Source: Octopus sinensis (taxonomy: Eukaryota). Taken from it: DNA of 64,000 nucleotides. Below the pieces are notes generated by a model. That model was not told the origin of the DNA. It did not search any database and was given only the letters and a program-made list of their open reading frames with translations. Below, one piece after another: positions 11,677-21,241 of this stretch (the stretch's first letter is position 1; the number at the start of each line of letters is the position of its first letter). The DNA is taken from positions 34,534,001-34,598,000 of the forward strand of contig NC_043002.1 in assembly GCF_006345805.1 (NCBI RefSeq), given 5' to 3'. The position numbers and the translations under genes were made by a program.

Positions 11677-11768
11677 GCCCGCATAGCTCAGTCGGTAGAG
11701 CATCAGACTTTTAAGAACTGTCGTGTTATGAAATCTGAGGGTCGCGGGTTCAAGTCCCTCTGCGGGCG
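11677..11768 (+). tRNA. tRNA-Lys(TTT), intact array consensus, 19-nt intron after A37
   Basis: Acceptor GCCCGCA/TGCGGGC, D stem GCTC/GAGC, anticodon stem TCAGA/TCTGA, loop CTTTTA|A, T loop TTCAAGT, G73, TTTTT terminator. Confidence 0.88.
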
Positions 11769-12287
11769 ACGATTTTTCTTTTGGAAATTGTCCAAGAAGA
11801 AATGCCCAATTGACTGATTGGTTTAATATTTGCTGGATGGTTTTATATTTACAGATATTTATTAGTATGTTACATTTTTTATGAATCATATATCATATAA
11901 AAGCGCTTTGGTCCACTCTAGTGGAGTTTTCAAATTGAACTTTTGCAGGAATTTTGTCTCCTTTTATAGTATTATTGAGTGTGTAGGGGCGGGGGGAGAT
12001 TTTAAGATACTACAAGAGGGTGAAGAATGGGGAGAAAGTGAGAGAAAGAGAGAGAGAGAGAGAGATCGTGTGTGTTTTTGTATCTTAAATAAGTTTTAAA
12101 GAAAAAGAGAAGGTAAGGAAGAAGAAGGAGAGAAAGAAGAAAAAATTTGCTGATATCTTTGCAGCTGGTCAGTCTTTCAATGGTAAGTGATTATTGGCTT
12201 TTAAAAATGGCAAACCCAGCTGGTCACTCCAAGGGAACAAAATGTCACTTTTCAAAAAATTGTCTTGATTTCTTTTTTATCATTGTC

Positions 12288-12371
<84 letters not shown>

Positions 12372-12589
12372 GTGTGGGTGTCTGTGTATCTGAAAGGAAT
12401 GTCAAATGGGAAAGGGAATGAAAGAAAGGAGGAGGAGGAGGGAAAGAAGAAAAAAATGTGTTTACATTTTTGCAACTGGTGAGTCTTTCAATCCAATGTT
12501 TGATACCTGTGCTGATATGGGTTGGAGAATCTGGATGAAAGAGTGTTTTTATTTATTTATATGTACATATGTGTAGTACTGTTTGTGTG

Positions 12590-12644
<55 letters not shown>

Positions 12645-12646
12645 AA

Positions 12647-12746
12647 NNNNNNNNNNNNNNNNNNNNNNNNNNNNNNNNNNNNNNNNNNNNNNNNNNNNNN
12701 NNNNNNNNNNNNNNNNNNNNNNNNNNNNNNNNNNNNNNNNNNNNNN
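12647..12746. other. Scaffold gap (100 N)
   Basis: Run of N. Confidence 1.
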
Positions 12747-13693
12747 AATCAAATCAAAATAGACAAAATAGATGAACATCAATGGAATTTGTATCTTGTG
12801 GTACCAGTGCCTGTGGCACACAAGAAATCCATCAGTGCTGTAGTCAGTGCGGTGGGCACATGACAAACACCATCCGATCGTGGCCGTTCGCCAGCCTCAT
12901 CTAGCACCTGTGTCGGTGGCACATAAATACACCATCCGAAGACCCGGCAAGACTAGTCAGGCCATACCCATGGCCCCTACCTGGGACGTAGTCAGTCCAC
13001 CTGTGCATACCTTCCTTCTTGTGACACTTGTGAAGACCTGTTGAGGCAAGTGAAAATCAAACAAATCAAAATAGATGAACATCAATGGAATTTGTATCTT
13101 TGTGGTACCAGTGCCGGTGGCACGTGGCACATAAGAAAACCATCCGAACGTGGCCGTAGCCAGTACCCCGCATCGACTGGCCTCCGTGCTGTGGGCACGT
13201 AACAAGCACCATCCGATCGTGGCCGTTTGCCAGCCTCATCTGGCACCTGTGTCGGTGGCACATAAAAACACCATCCGAGCGTGGCCGTCTGCCAGCCTTG
13301 TCTGGCACCTGTGTCGGTGGCACATAAAAACACCATCCGAGCGTGGCCGTCTGCCAGCCTCGTCTGGCACCTGTGTCGGTGGCACATAAAAAACACCATC
13401 CGAGCGTGCCCGTCTGCCAGCCTCGTCTGGCACCTGTGTCGGTGGCACATAAAAAACACCATCCGAGCGTGGCCGTTTGCCAGCCTCGTCTGGCACCTGT
13501 GTCGGTGGCACATAAAATCACCCACTACACTCTCGGAGTGGTTGGCGTTAGGAAGGGCATCCAGCTGTAGAAACACTGCCAGATCTGACTGGACTGGTGC
13601 AGCTTTCGGGCTCCCCAGACCCCAGTTGAACCGTCCAACCCATGCTAGCATGGAAAGCGGACGTTAAATGATGATGATGATGATGATGATGAT
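12747..13693 (+). mobile_element. SINE-like element with (GAT)n tail and expanded internal 62-63 bp tandem repeat
   Basis: GTGGTTGGCGTTAGGAAGGGCATCCAGCTGTAGAAAC core, 3' GCATGGAAAGCGGACGTTAAA(TGA)n; five internal units at 13194-13506. Confidence 0.85.
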
Positions 13694-13696
13694 ACA

Positions 13697-14070
13697 CATC
13701 ATCATCATCATCATCGTTTAACGTCCGTTCTCCATGCTAGCATGGGTTGAACGGTTCGACCGGGGATCTGGGAAGCCAGATCTGGCTGCACCAGGCTCCA
13801 GTCTTATCTGGCAATGTTTCTACAGCTGGATGCCCTTCCTAACGCCAACCACTCCGTGAGTGTAGTGGGTGCTTTTTACGTGCCACCTGCACAGGTGCCA
13901 GGCGAGGCTGGCAACGGCCACGGTCGGATTGGTGTATTTTATGTGCCACCGGCACGGAAGCCAGTCGAGGCCGCGCTGGCATCGGCCACAAGTCGGATAG
14001 TGCTTTTTACGTACCACCAGACCAGGGATCCTGGCTGGTTCAATTCGATTTCGCTTTAGCTTGCCCCAAC
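13697..14070 (-). mobile_element. Same (GAT)n-tail SINE family, tail-to-tail with the previous copy
   Basis: (CAT)n-CGTTTAACGTCCG...GGATGCCCTTCCTAACGCCAACCAC. Confidence 0.85.
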
Positions 14071-14281
14071 ATGTCTTCGCAAGCAAAGGGGGTTGGCAAA
14101 ATCCTATGAAAGTACTGGTTAGTTACCTATACAAACAATTGAACATTACAGTTTACATTCTACTGCAAGGCAACTATATAAACCGCGGTTTATATATATT
14201 TATTTATTATAATAAGATAATAAAATAGAGATATAATTAATAAATCATTATTTATTTAGTAAAAAATTGACAAACAAAACT

Positions 14282-14370
14282 ACCTCTGATGAGATTCGAC
14301 TTTCAAATCATTTAAAATTTTATTAATTAATTTTCTGTAGGTCTTGAATTGAAACAGCTGTAAAAGAGGT
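14282..14370 (+). ncRNA. Type I hammerhead ribozyme motif, stem I out of register (probably decayed)
   Basis: CTGATGA (14286-92), long stem II GATTC-GACTT...AGGTC-TT-GAATT, GAAA, palindromic ACAGCTGT, GTA triplet; ACCT/AGGT pairing offset by 4 nt. Confidence 0.5.
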
Positions 14371-14414
14371 TTGTCAATTTTTTAGTTAATAAATAATATT
14401 TTATTAATTATCTC

Positions 14415-14674
14415 GCCTGGCCCCTGTGCCGGTGGCACATAAAAAGCACCATCCGTCCGTGGCTGTTTCCCAGCTCTGTCTGGCACCTGTGCGGGTGGCA
14501 TGTAAAAAGCACCCACTACACTCACGGAGTGGTTGGCGTTAGGAAAGGCATCCAGCCGTAGAAACACTGCCAGATCAGACTGGGCCTGATGCAGCCTTCC
14601 GGCTTCACAGACCCCAGTTGAACCGTCCAACCCATGCTAGCATGGAAAGCGGACGCAAAATGATGATGATGATG
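14415..14674 (+). mobile_element. (GAT)n-tail SINE, 5'-truncated
   Basis: Family core and GAT tail. Confidence 0.8.
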
Positions 14675-14698
14675 TCTGTCTATATATATGTATGTGTG

Positions 14699-14729
<31 letters not shown>

Positions 14730-14754
14730 ATATATATATATATGTATGTGTGTG

Positions 14755-14787
<33 letters not shown>

Positions 14788-14834
14788 ATATATATATGTA
14801 TGTGTATATATACATATATATATTTATAAAATAA

Positions 14835-15045
14835 ATAAATGCGCCCTTTTTAAAGCCTAACTAGGCTCATGGGCCCGGTTTCCATGGCATATGTGTTCCC
14901 CAGCTGGATGGGACACTAGTCCATCACAGCGTTACTCATTTTTGCCAGCTGAGTGGACTGAACGCGTCGCCCAGTCCAGAAATCGAAACTACAATCTTAC
15001 GATCATGATGCTGACACCCTAACCACTAAGCCACGTGCCTCCACA
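14835..15045 (-). mobile_element. tRNA-head SINE fragment (second family)
   Basis: Head GGAGGCACGTGGCTTAGTGGTTAGGGTG...TTCGATTTC on the - strand; relatives near 51420-51560 and 63910-64000. Confidence 0.6.
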
Positions 15046-15279
15046 CACACACACATATATATATAAATATATAATAAAATATTAGGGAATAAATCCAAAC
15101 TTACAGGGAAAAATCAGATTTAGGATTGAATCCAATTTTATAGTAAAATATTATATTATATTAAATTAGAGATAAAACCACTATTAGGCAAATCATACAA
15201 TGAAAAACTTAAGCCAATACATAAGATTAATTAATTTATATTATTTAAATATATATTAAAATTATTAAAAAAGATAATT

Positions 15280-15469
15280 AATATAACACTACGATCGTTT
15301 CATGGCTGTTCAATTCTTAAAATTTTCGAGTTACAGTCATTCTTCAGGTGGTTTAAATATTTAACTTGGCGAGGTTTAATCAAGTTAAATATTTAAACCA
15401 CCTGAAGAATGACTGTAACTCGAAAATTTTAAGAATTGAACAGCCATGAAACGATCGTCGTGTTATATT
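15280..15469. ncRNA. 190-bp fold-back of two back-to-back type I hammerhead ribozyme motifs (+ strand 15399-15462; - strand 15350-15287)
   Basis: 89-bp arms, 12-nt loop, one mismatch. Each arm read outward is CAC-CTGAAGA-[ATGACTGT...ACAGCCAT]-GAAA-CGATCG-T(C/A)^GTG. Confidence 0.75.
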
Positions 15470-16255
15470 TATCATCATCATCATCATCATCGTTTAGCGT
15501 CCGTTTTCCATGCTAGCATGGGTTGGACGGTTCTACTGGGGTCTGTGAAGCCAGAAGGCTTCATCAGGCCCAGTCAAATCTGGCAGTGTTTCTACGGCTG
15601 GATGCCCTTCCTAACGCCAACCACTCCGAGAGTGTAGTGGGTGCTTTTTACGTGCCACCCGCACAGGTGCCAGACAGAGCTGGCAAACGGCCACGAACGG
15701 ATGGTGCTTTTTATGTGCCACCGGCACGAGGGCCAGGCGAGGCTGGCAACGGCCACGAAACGGGGCGGTGCTGGCAACGGTCGCGAAACGGAAGGTTCTC
15801 TTACATGCCACCGGCACTGGTAACACATTTGCAATTTCCATTGATCGATTTCGATTCTGATCCTCACTTGCCTCAACGGGTCTTCACAAGTAGAGTTTCG
15901 ACATGCCACCGGCACTGGTAACACATCTGCAATTTCCATTGATCGATTTCGATTCTGATCCTCACTTGCCTCAACAGGTCTTCACAAGTAGAGTTTTGTG
16001 TCCCAAGAAGGGAAGGTATGCATACGTAGGCTGGCTCCATCCCATGTAGAAGGCCACGGGTTATGGACTCACTTGTCCTGCCGGGTCTTCTCGCGCACAG
16101 CACACTTCCAGAGGACTCGGTCTCTAGTCATTTCCTCAGTGAGACCTAAAGTTCGAAGGTCGTGCTTCACCACCTCGTCCCAGGTTTTCCTGGGTCTGCC
16201 TCTTCCACAGGTTCCCTCAACTGCTAGGGTGTGGCACTTTTTCACACAACTATCT
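15470..16255 (-). mobile_element. (GAT)n-tail SINE, long copy with internal duplication
   Basis: Family core; internal direct repeat at about 15800-15895 and 15900-15992. Confidence 0.8.
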
Positions 16256-16359
16256 GATGATGATGATGATGAGAATAAAAGTATATCAATGTATTTGATG
16301 TGTAGTGAGATTAATTTGGAATCAACTGTTCTTGCTTCATCTGGAATTGTTCTTTAGAT

Positions 16360-16570
16360 CATCATCATCATCATCATCGTTTAACGTCCGCTTTCCATGC
16401 TAGCATGGGTTGGACGGTTCAACTGGGGTCTGGGAAGCCAGAAGGCTGCACCAAGCCCAGTCTGATCTGGCAGTGTTTCTACAGCTGGATGCCCTTCCTA
16501 ACGCCAACCACTCCGAGAGTGTAGTGGGTGCTTTTTACATGCCACCTGTACAGGGGCCAGACGAGGCTGG
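16360..16570 (-). mobile_element. (GAT)n-tail SINE, truncated
   Basis: Family core and tail. More copies at 20210-20557(+), 22346-22725(-, two), 24920-25130(-), 30400-30700(-), 35985-36400(-), 38540-38838(+). Confidence 0.8.
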
Positions 16571-16600
16571 ATATATATATATATATATATATAAATGTAT

Positions 16601-16668
<68 letters not shown>

Positions 16669-16713
16669 TAAAAAAAACTTTTCTTCTAATTTTTCTAAAT
16701 TTAATTATTTAAT

Positions 16714-16761
16714 CGTTACAGTTGAAAAGGTCTCAAAATGACCGAAACCGGTACTGAAATG
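16714..16761 (+). ncRNA. Type I hammerhead ribozyme motif with U3-A8 core variant
   Basis: CAG-TTGAAAA-GGTC(TCAAAAT)GACC-GAAA-CCGG-TA^CTG; helix III palindrome ACCGGT; stem I CAG/CTG extended by CGTT/AATG. Confidence 0.7.
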
Positions 16762-16859
16762 TTCACTATAAAATTATTTTAGCATTTTCTATTTTTTACT
16801 TGTTTTTTCATATATATCAACTCGTGTGTTCCTTTTCACCCTTATACATATATATATAT

Positions 16860-17222
16860 TCTTTTACTTGTTTCAGACATTTGACCGGCCATGCTGGAGC
16901 ACCACCTTAAGGGGTTTTTTAATCAAAGAAATCAAACCCAGAGCTTATTCTTTTCCATGCCTAGTACTTATCCTATAGTTCTCTTTTTCCAAACCGCTAA
17001 GTTACAGGGACATAAACACACCTCCATCACTTGTCAAGTGGTGATGGCAGTGGGGGAGAAGCACACAAACACACACATGTATACAACAGGTTTCTTTCAG
17101 TTTCCTTTGACCAAATCTACTCAAAAGGCTTTGGTCAGCCCAAGGCTATAGAAAAAGAGATTTGCCCAAGGTGCCACGCAGTGAGATTGAACATGGAACC
17201 ATGTGGTTGGGAAGCAAGCCAT
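16860..17222 (-). mobile_element. tRNA-derived SINE (tail GAAACAAGTAAAAGAATA), near full length
   Basis: Head GCTTGCTTCCCAACCACATGGTTCC...; body GGTGGTGCTCCAGCATGGCC. Relatives at 20560-20940, 33405-33540, 35805-35990, 37240-37370, 41760-41990. Confidence 0.7.
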
Positions 17223-17669
17223 GACTGCACTTATGTAGTGCCAAATGGTATATTCCTGGTTATGGCACATAACTGGTTACCATTGGTTTTTGCGCATCTG
17301 CTATTGCGTTTGGCAGTATTGATGAATGAGACATGCGAGCTGGAAACATATAGCCTCTGTAATGCTGAAGGTAAATATACAGTCTTGGTCAGCTTGGTGC
17401 TGTTTAATTAATTAACTAATTGATTGCTTGATTAATGGTTCAGTTAATCAAACAATCAGTTCTGTCAAAGTCATTTGGTTACCATCTGCAACCCACCTCA
17501 TCAATGACGCAGTTTCTGTTCTAGGTTTGTCTGCCTGTCCTGAAGCTAGTTAATGGGTTAAGTAAGTTAATCAACGGAAAAATAAATAGTAAAGAAGTGA
17601 AATAGAACCAGTGTGTGTATCAATTATTGGCAAGATGATCCTTCTGAGATACAACAATCATGTGTTTTC

Positions 17670-17860
17670 AAATTTAGGTACAAGTCCAGCAATTTCAGGG
17701 AAGTGGGTAAGTTGATTACATCAACCCCATTGATCATTATTTTATCAACCTTGAAAGGATGAAAGGCTGAGTGTACCTCAGCAGAATTTGAACCCAGAGT
17801 GTAAAATGGCCAAAATGCCACTAAGCATTTTGTCTGGCATGCTAATTTTTCTCCTGCATT
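17670..17860 (-). mobile_element. tRNA-derived SINE, third family
   Basis: GGATGAAAGG...GAATTTGAAC...AAATGCC-CTAAGCA. Relatives at 26610-26815(+), 27340-27560, 42290-42485, 42830-43050(+), 43300-43415. Confidence 0.65.
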
Positions 17861-18285
17861 ACTTATGTCATATCCATTTGATTCGGATACATAATCATCA
17901 CTCATTTTTACTTTCTTCTTTTCTATGTTGGCATGGGTTAGACAAAACTTCTTAAGATGGAATTCTATGGCTAGATATCATTCTTGGCGCTAAACAATAT
18001 ATATTTTGAAGTAAGGTACGTTATTTCAATGGTCTCCATGTCAAACAGCAGTCGGATATTTTCTTTGTGAAAGATATAAAAATAGGATCAGGTAGGGATG
18101 TGTGAAAAGAAGCTGGCTGCCCCAAAAATAATATAGCAACGTCATCAGACCTTGAACAACCATAACCCTGTCATCACTGCAATTGGATATGTCAATTTCC
18201 CATCGGGCCTTATCAGCCCCGAATGAGCGTGTAGACAATATGGACAACAGCCTTCCTAATGTTCATCAGTGAAGTGATGCCAAGA

Positions 18286-18356
<71 letters not shown>

Positions 18357-21052
18357 CACTATTTTACAATGACATGTGTACTTTACCCATACATAACCCT
18401 TTTGCACCCCAGTAGATTATGTTTCCATGCCAACACATCCTGATACCCTACGACTGTTCTACCTCATGTCAGGCAATTAATCTAAGTTGCACCAGTTCTG
18501 TACTAATTAGCCCTAGTAGCAAATGTGCTTCATGACATAACTCAAACAATGGATGACTGAAATCATCTCCCTAGGTATGTCCCTTCCATTCCCTCATGCA
18601 ATCTAAACATCCCCATTGTCCCAAGTGGGAAACACTGCCTACCCACTACTTCACAACCAAAATGACTTAATTATCAACACTCTCATAAAGCATACCTCCA
18701 TGTTTTCTGCTCACTTTATTTCTAGTCCTACATTACACAGAATCAACACAACTCCTCTAAAACAGCTACTCTATCCTACACACATGCTCACACACACACA
18801 CATACCCCTTCCATACGCACAATTGCTAAATGCAAAATCAACTAAATAAAGTCTCTCCAATAATCCTTAAATTGTGCTTCGGTATCAGTCTCTATTCTTA
18901 TAAAATACTTGAGTATTTGAGTACCGAAATCTATTTCAGGTTTTAGAGGACATCTTAGAGTGTATCTCTTTTTAAAGAAAAGCAAGCTCCTTGACCCTGC
19001 CAACTTCCACAGCCCTATTGCTTTCCATTAACAATCAATTTCTTCATCATCTTCACTCACTCACTCTCTCTCTCTCACACCCTCTCTCTTTCTCTCTCTG
19101 TTATCACCAGTATGGCTTTTGTAGAACCAGATCAATTATATACTTGCTTCCCTATATCACTGCTCAGTGGTCTGTTCATTTCTACAATGACAAATTTTTA
19201 GCTAAGCTATTCACTTAAGGGCTTTATCAGCTTTTCTTTTTCAGATTAGAAAACTTGTCAGATTACAGCCTCCACTGACAGATTTCTCTCCAACTTACAT
19301 TCTCTCAACTTTTCTGAACCCCAAGTTTAATGTCATCTCCCAGTCTTCTTTCTGTACCCCAACAACCTTTTGGCTGTCACTTCTAACCACACACTCATAT
19401 TTGTACACACATGAGATATCGACCTCCATTATCCTTTACCTTTCTGCACACAGGTGTACTTCATATGCAGTCTATACGCTTCATGTCAGGTTCACACTGT
19501 TGAAATTAACGGAGGCTGCAAAAAACTTCTTTCAGTGGAAACCTCACATCCCTAGCAACAATACAAATACACATTTTTTTTTATATATTGAGGTAACACT
19601 GTTGTACCTCACTTTTTCTCTGCATGAGCAATACACAACTAAACCCTTTAAACATGCTACAAATGTTAGGTCTAACAATCTCTAATAATCTTTTATTGTA
19701 ATTGCTCACACATACAACATTATGCCAAAACCCCATCTCTAAGACACATTCCTTTTTGGAGACAAAAATAATTTAATCCCAATTACTTCCTCCCAATAAG
19801 GTCGAATAGCTGCAGTGACACTGAAGAGGTGATTCTTGTATCTAGGATGCTGTTGTTGTTGGTACACATGTACATCTCATTAGAACAAAAGGTCATCAGG
19901 CAAGGATCTATTCACCAACATATTACAGCCACTGCCTTAAAGACATATGGTCTCTTCTCGATACATCTTCTATTGCTGCTAAAATAGCTTCAACATAGTT
20001 TTCTACAGAACTGTCTTGCCTTGTGCATCACAGCTTCCAGGCCTAATACTTCCTCATAAATCTTCATCTCTTGAAATATTCTCCACCTCTACATTTTTCT
20101 CAGACACTAGCCTACAACATAAACCATATCACTCTCGCAAGTCTACGGACATTTTTTTTACAAATGTAGCCATTACTCCACCGCCTCCCAAGAAGTTTGC
20201 TTTGATAAAATCAAAATCAAAATCGATCAACATCAATGGAAATTATAGCTGTGATACCAGTGCCGGTGGCACATAAGAGAATCATCCAAACATGGCCGTT
20301 GCCAGCACCGCCCCGACTGGCTTCCGTGCCAGTGGCACGTAAAAAGCACCATCTGATCATGGTCGTTTGCCAGCCTCGACTGGCACGTAAAAAGCACCCA
20401 CTACACTCATGGAATGGTTGGCATTAGGAAGGGCATCCAGCCGTAAAAACATTGCCAGATCAGACTGGGCCTGGTGCAGCCTTCTGGCTTCCCAGACCCC
20501 AGTTGAACTGTCCAACCCATGCCTGCATGGAAAGCGGATGCTAAACGATGATGATGACAATCTTGGCTGTGTGGTAAGAAGTTTACTTTCCGACCCCATG
20601 GTTCTGAGTTCAGTCCCATTGTGCAGCACTTTGAGCACGCATCTTCTATTATAGCTCCAAGTTGACCAATGTCTTGTAGACAGAAACTAGAAGAAGCCCA
20701 TCATATACATGTGTGTATCTTTGTATTTATCTTCACCATTTGATATCTGGTGTTGGTTTGTTTACACCCCTATAACTTAGCAATTTAGCAAAAAAAAAAA
20801 AAAGAAAAGAAAAACAGATAGAATCAGTACCAGGTTTTAAAAAATATAGGTTGATTTGTTGAACTAAATTTCAAGGTGATGCCTCAGCATATCACCAGCA
20901 TGGACTGCAGGTCCATTGATTGAAACAAGCAAAAGATAAAAAGACTCTATTGTTTTAAGGAGTTTTTGGTATTAAGATTTATCAGTATGATGTTTCGTTT
21001 TGGGATTTGGTTTGCAAGATTCTTTATATGAGTTCGTGTGTTGAAACATATT

Positions 21053-21241
21053 CTGTTGTATCTGGGGAGAGTAATTTTCTTTTTGTGCCTTATGATTTAA
21101 CACACTCACCGGTAAAATTTCCACTTATTTCTTATTTTTATTTATTTATTTTTTTATATTAAGAAATAAGTGGAAATTTTACCGGTGAGCGTGTTAAATC
21201 ATAAGGCACAAAAAGAAAATGACTCTCCCCAGACACAACAG
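21053..21241. repeat. Fold-back element: 82-bp arms, 25-nt T-rich spacer
   Basis: 21053-21134 is the reverse complement of 21160-21241 with 3 mismatches. Confidence 0.9.

Larger units (their letters stand above)
1..12646 (+). repeat. Modular tandem array of intron-containing tRNA-Lys(UUU) units (left array), with a ~4.5-4.6 kb higher-order repeat
   Basis: The same modules recur (tRNA, GA/GT microsatellite blocks, 240-bp palindrome, SINE 3' fragment). Matching landmarks are spaced 4695->9214, 5508->10080, 6501->11096 and 7102->11677. Confidence 0.95.

Noticed and set aside
1040-12866. Many 60-140 aa ORFs rich in CV, HT or YVCM in the ORF track (also 44974-45591 and 53408-59413)
   Set aside because: They are translations of GT/CA/TATG microsatellites and repeat modules with no domain signal.
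14175-14196. 22-bp perfect palindrome TATATAAACCGCGGTTTATATA
   Set aside because: Short, AT-rich and single copy; no supporting context.
12847-16712. ORFs with repeated CATDTGARRGWQ / MCHRHRCQ motifs
   Set aside because: They come from SINE internal tandem repeats open in several frames on both strands.
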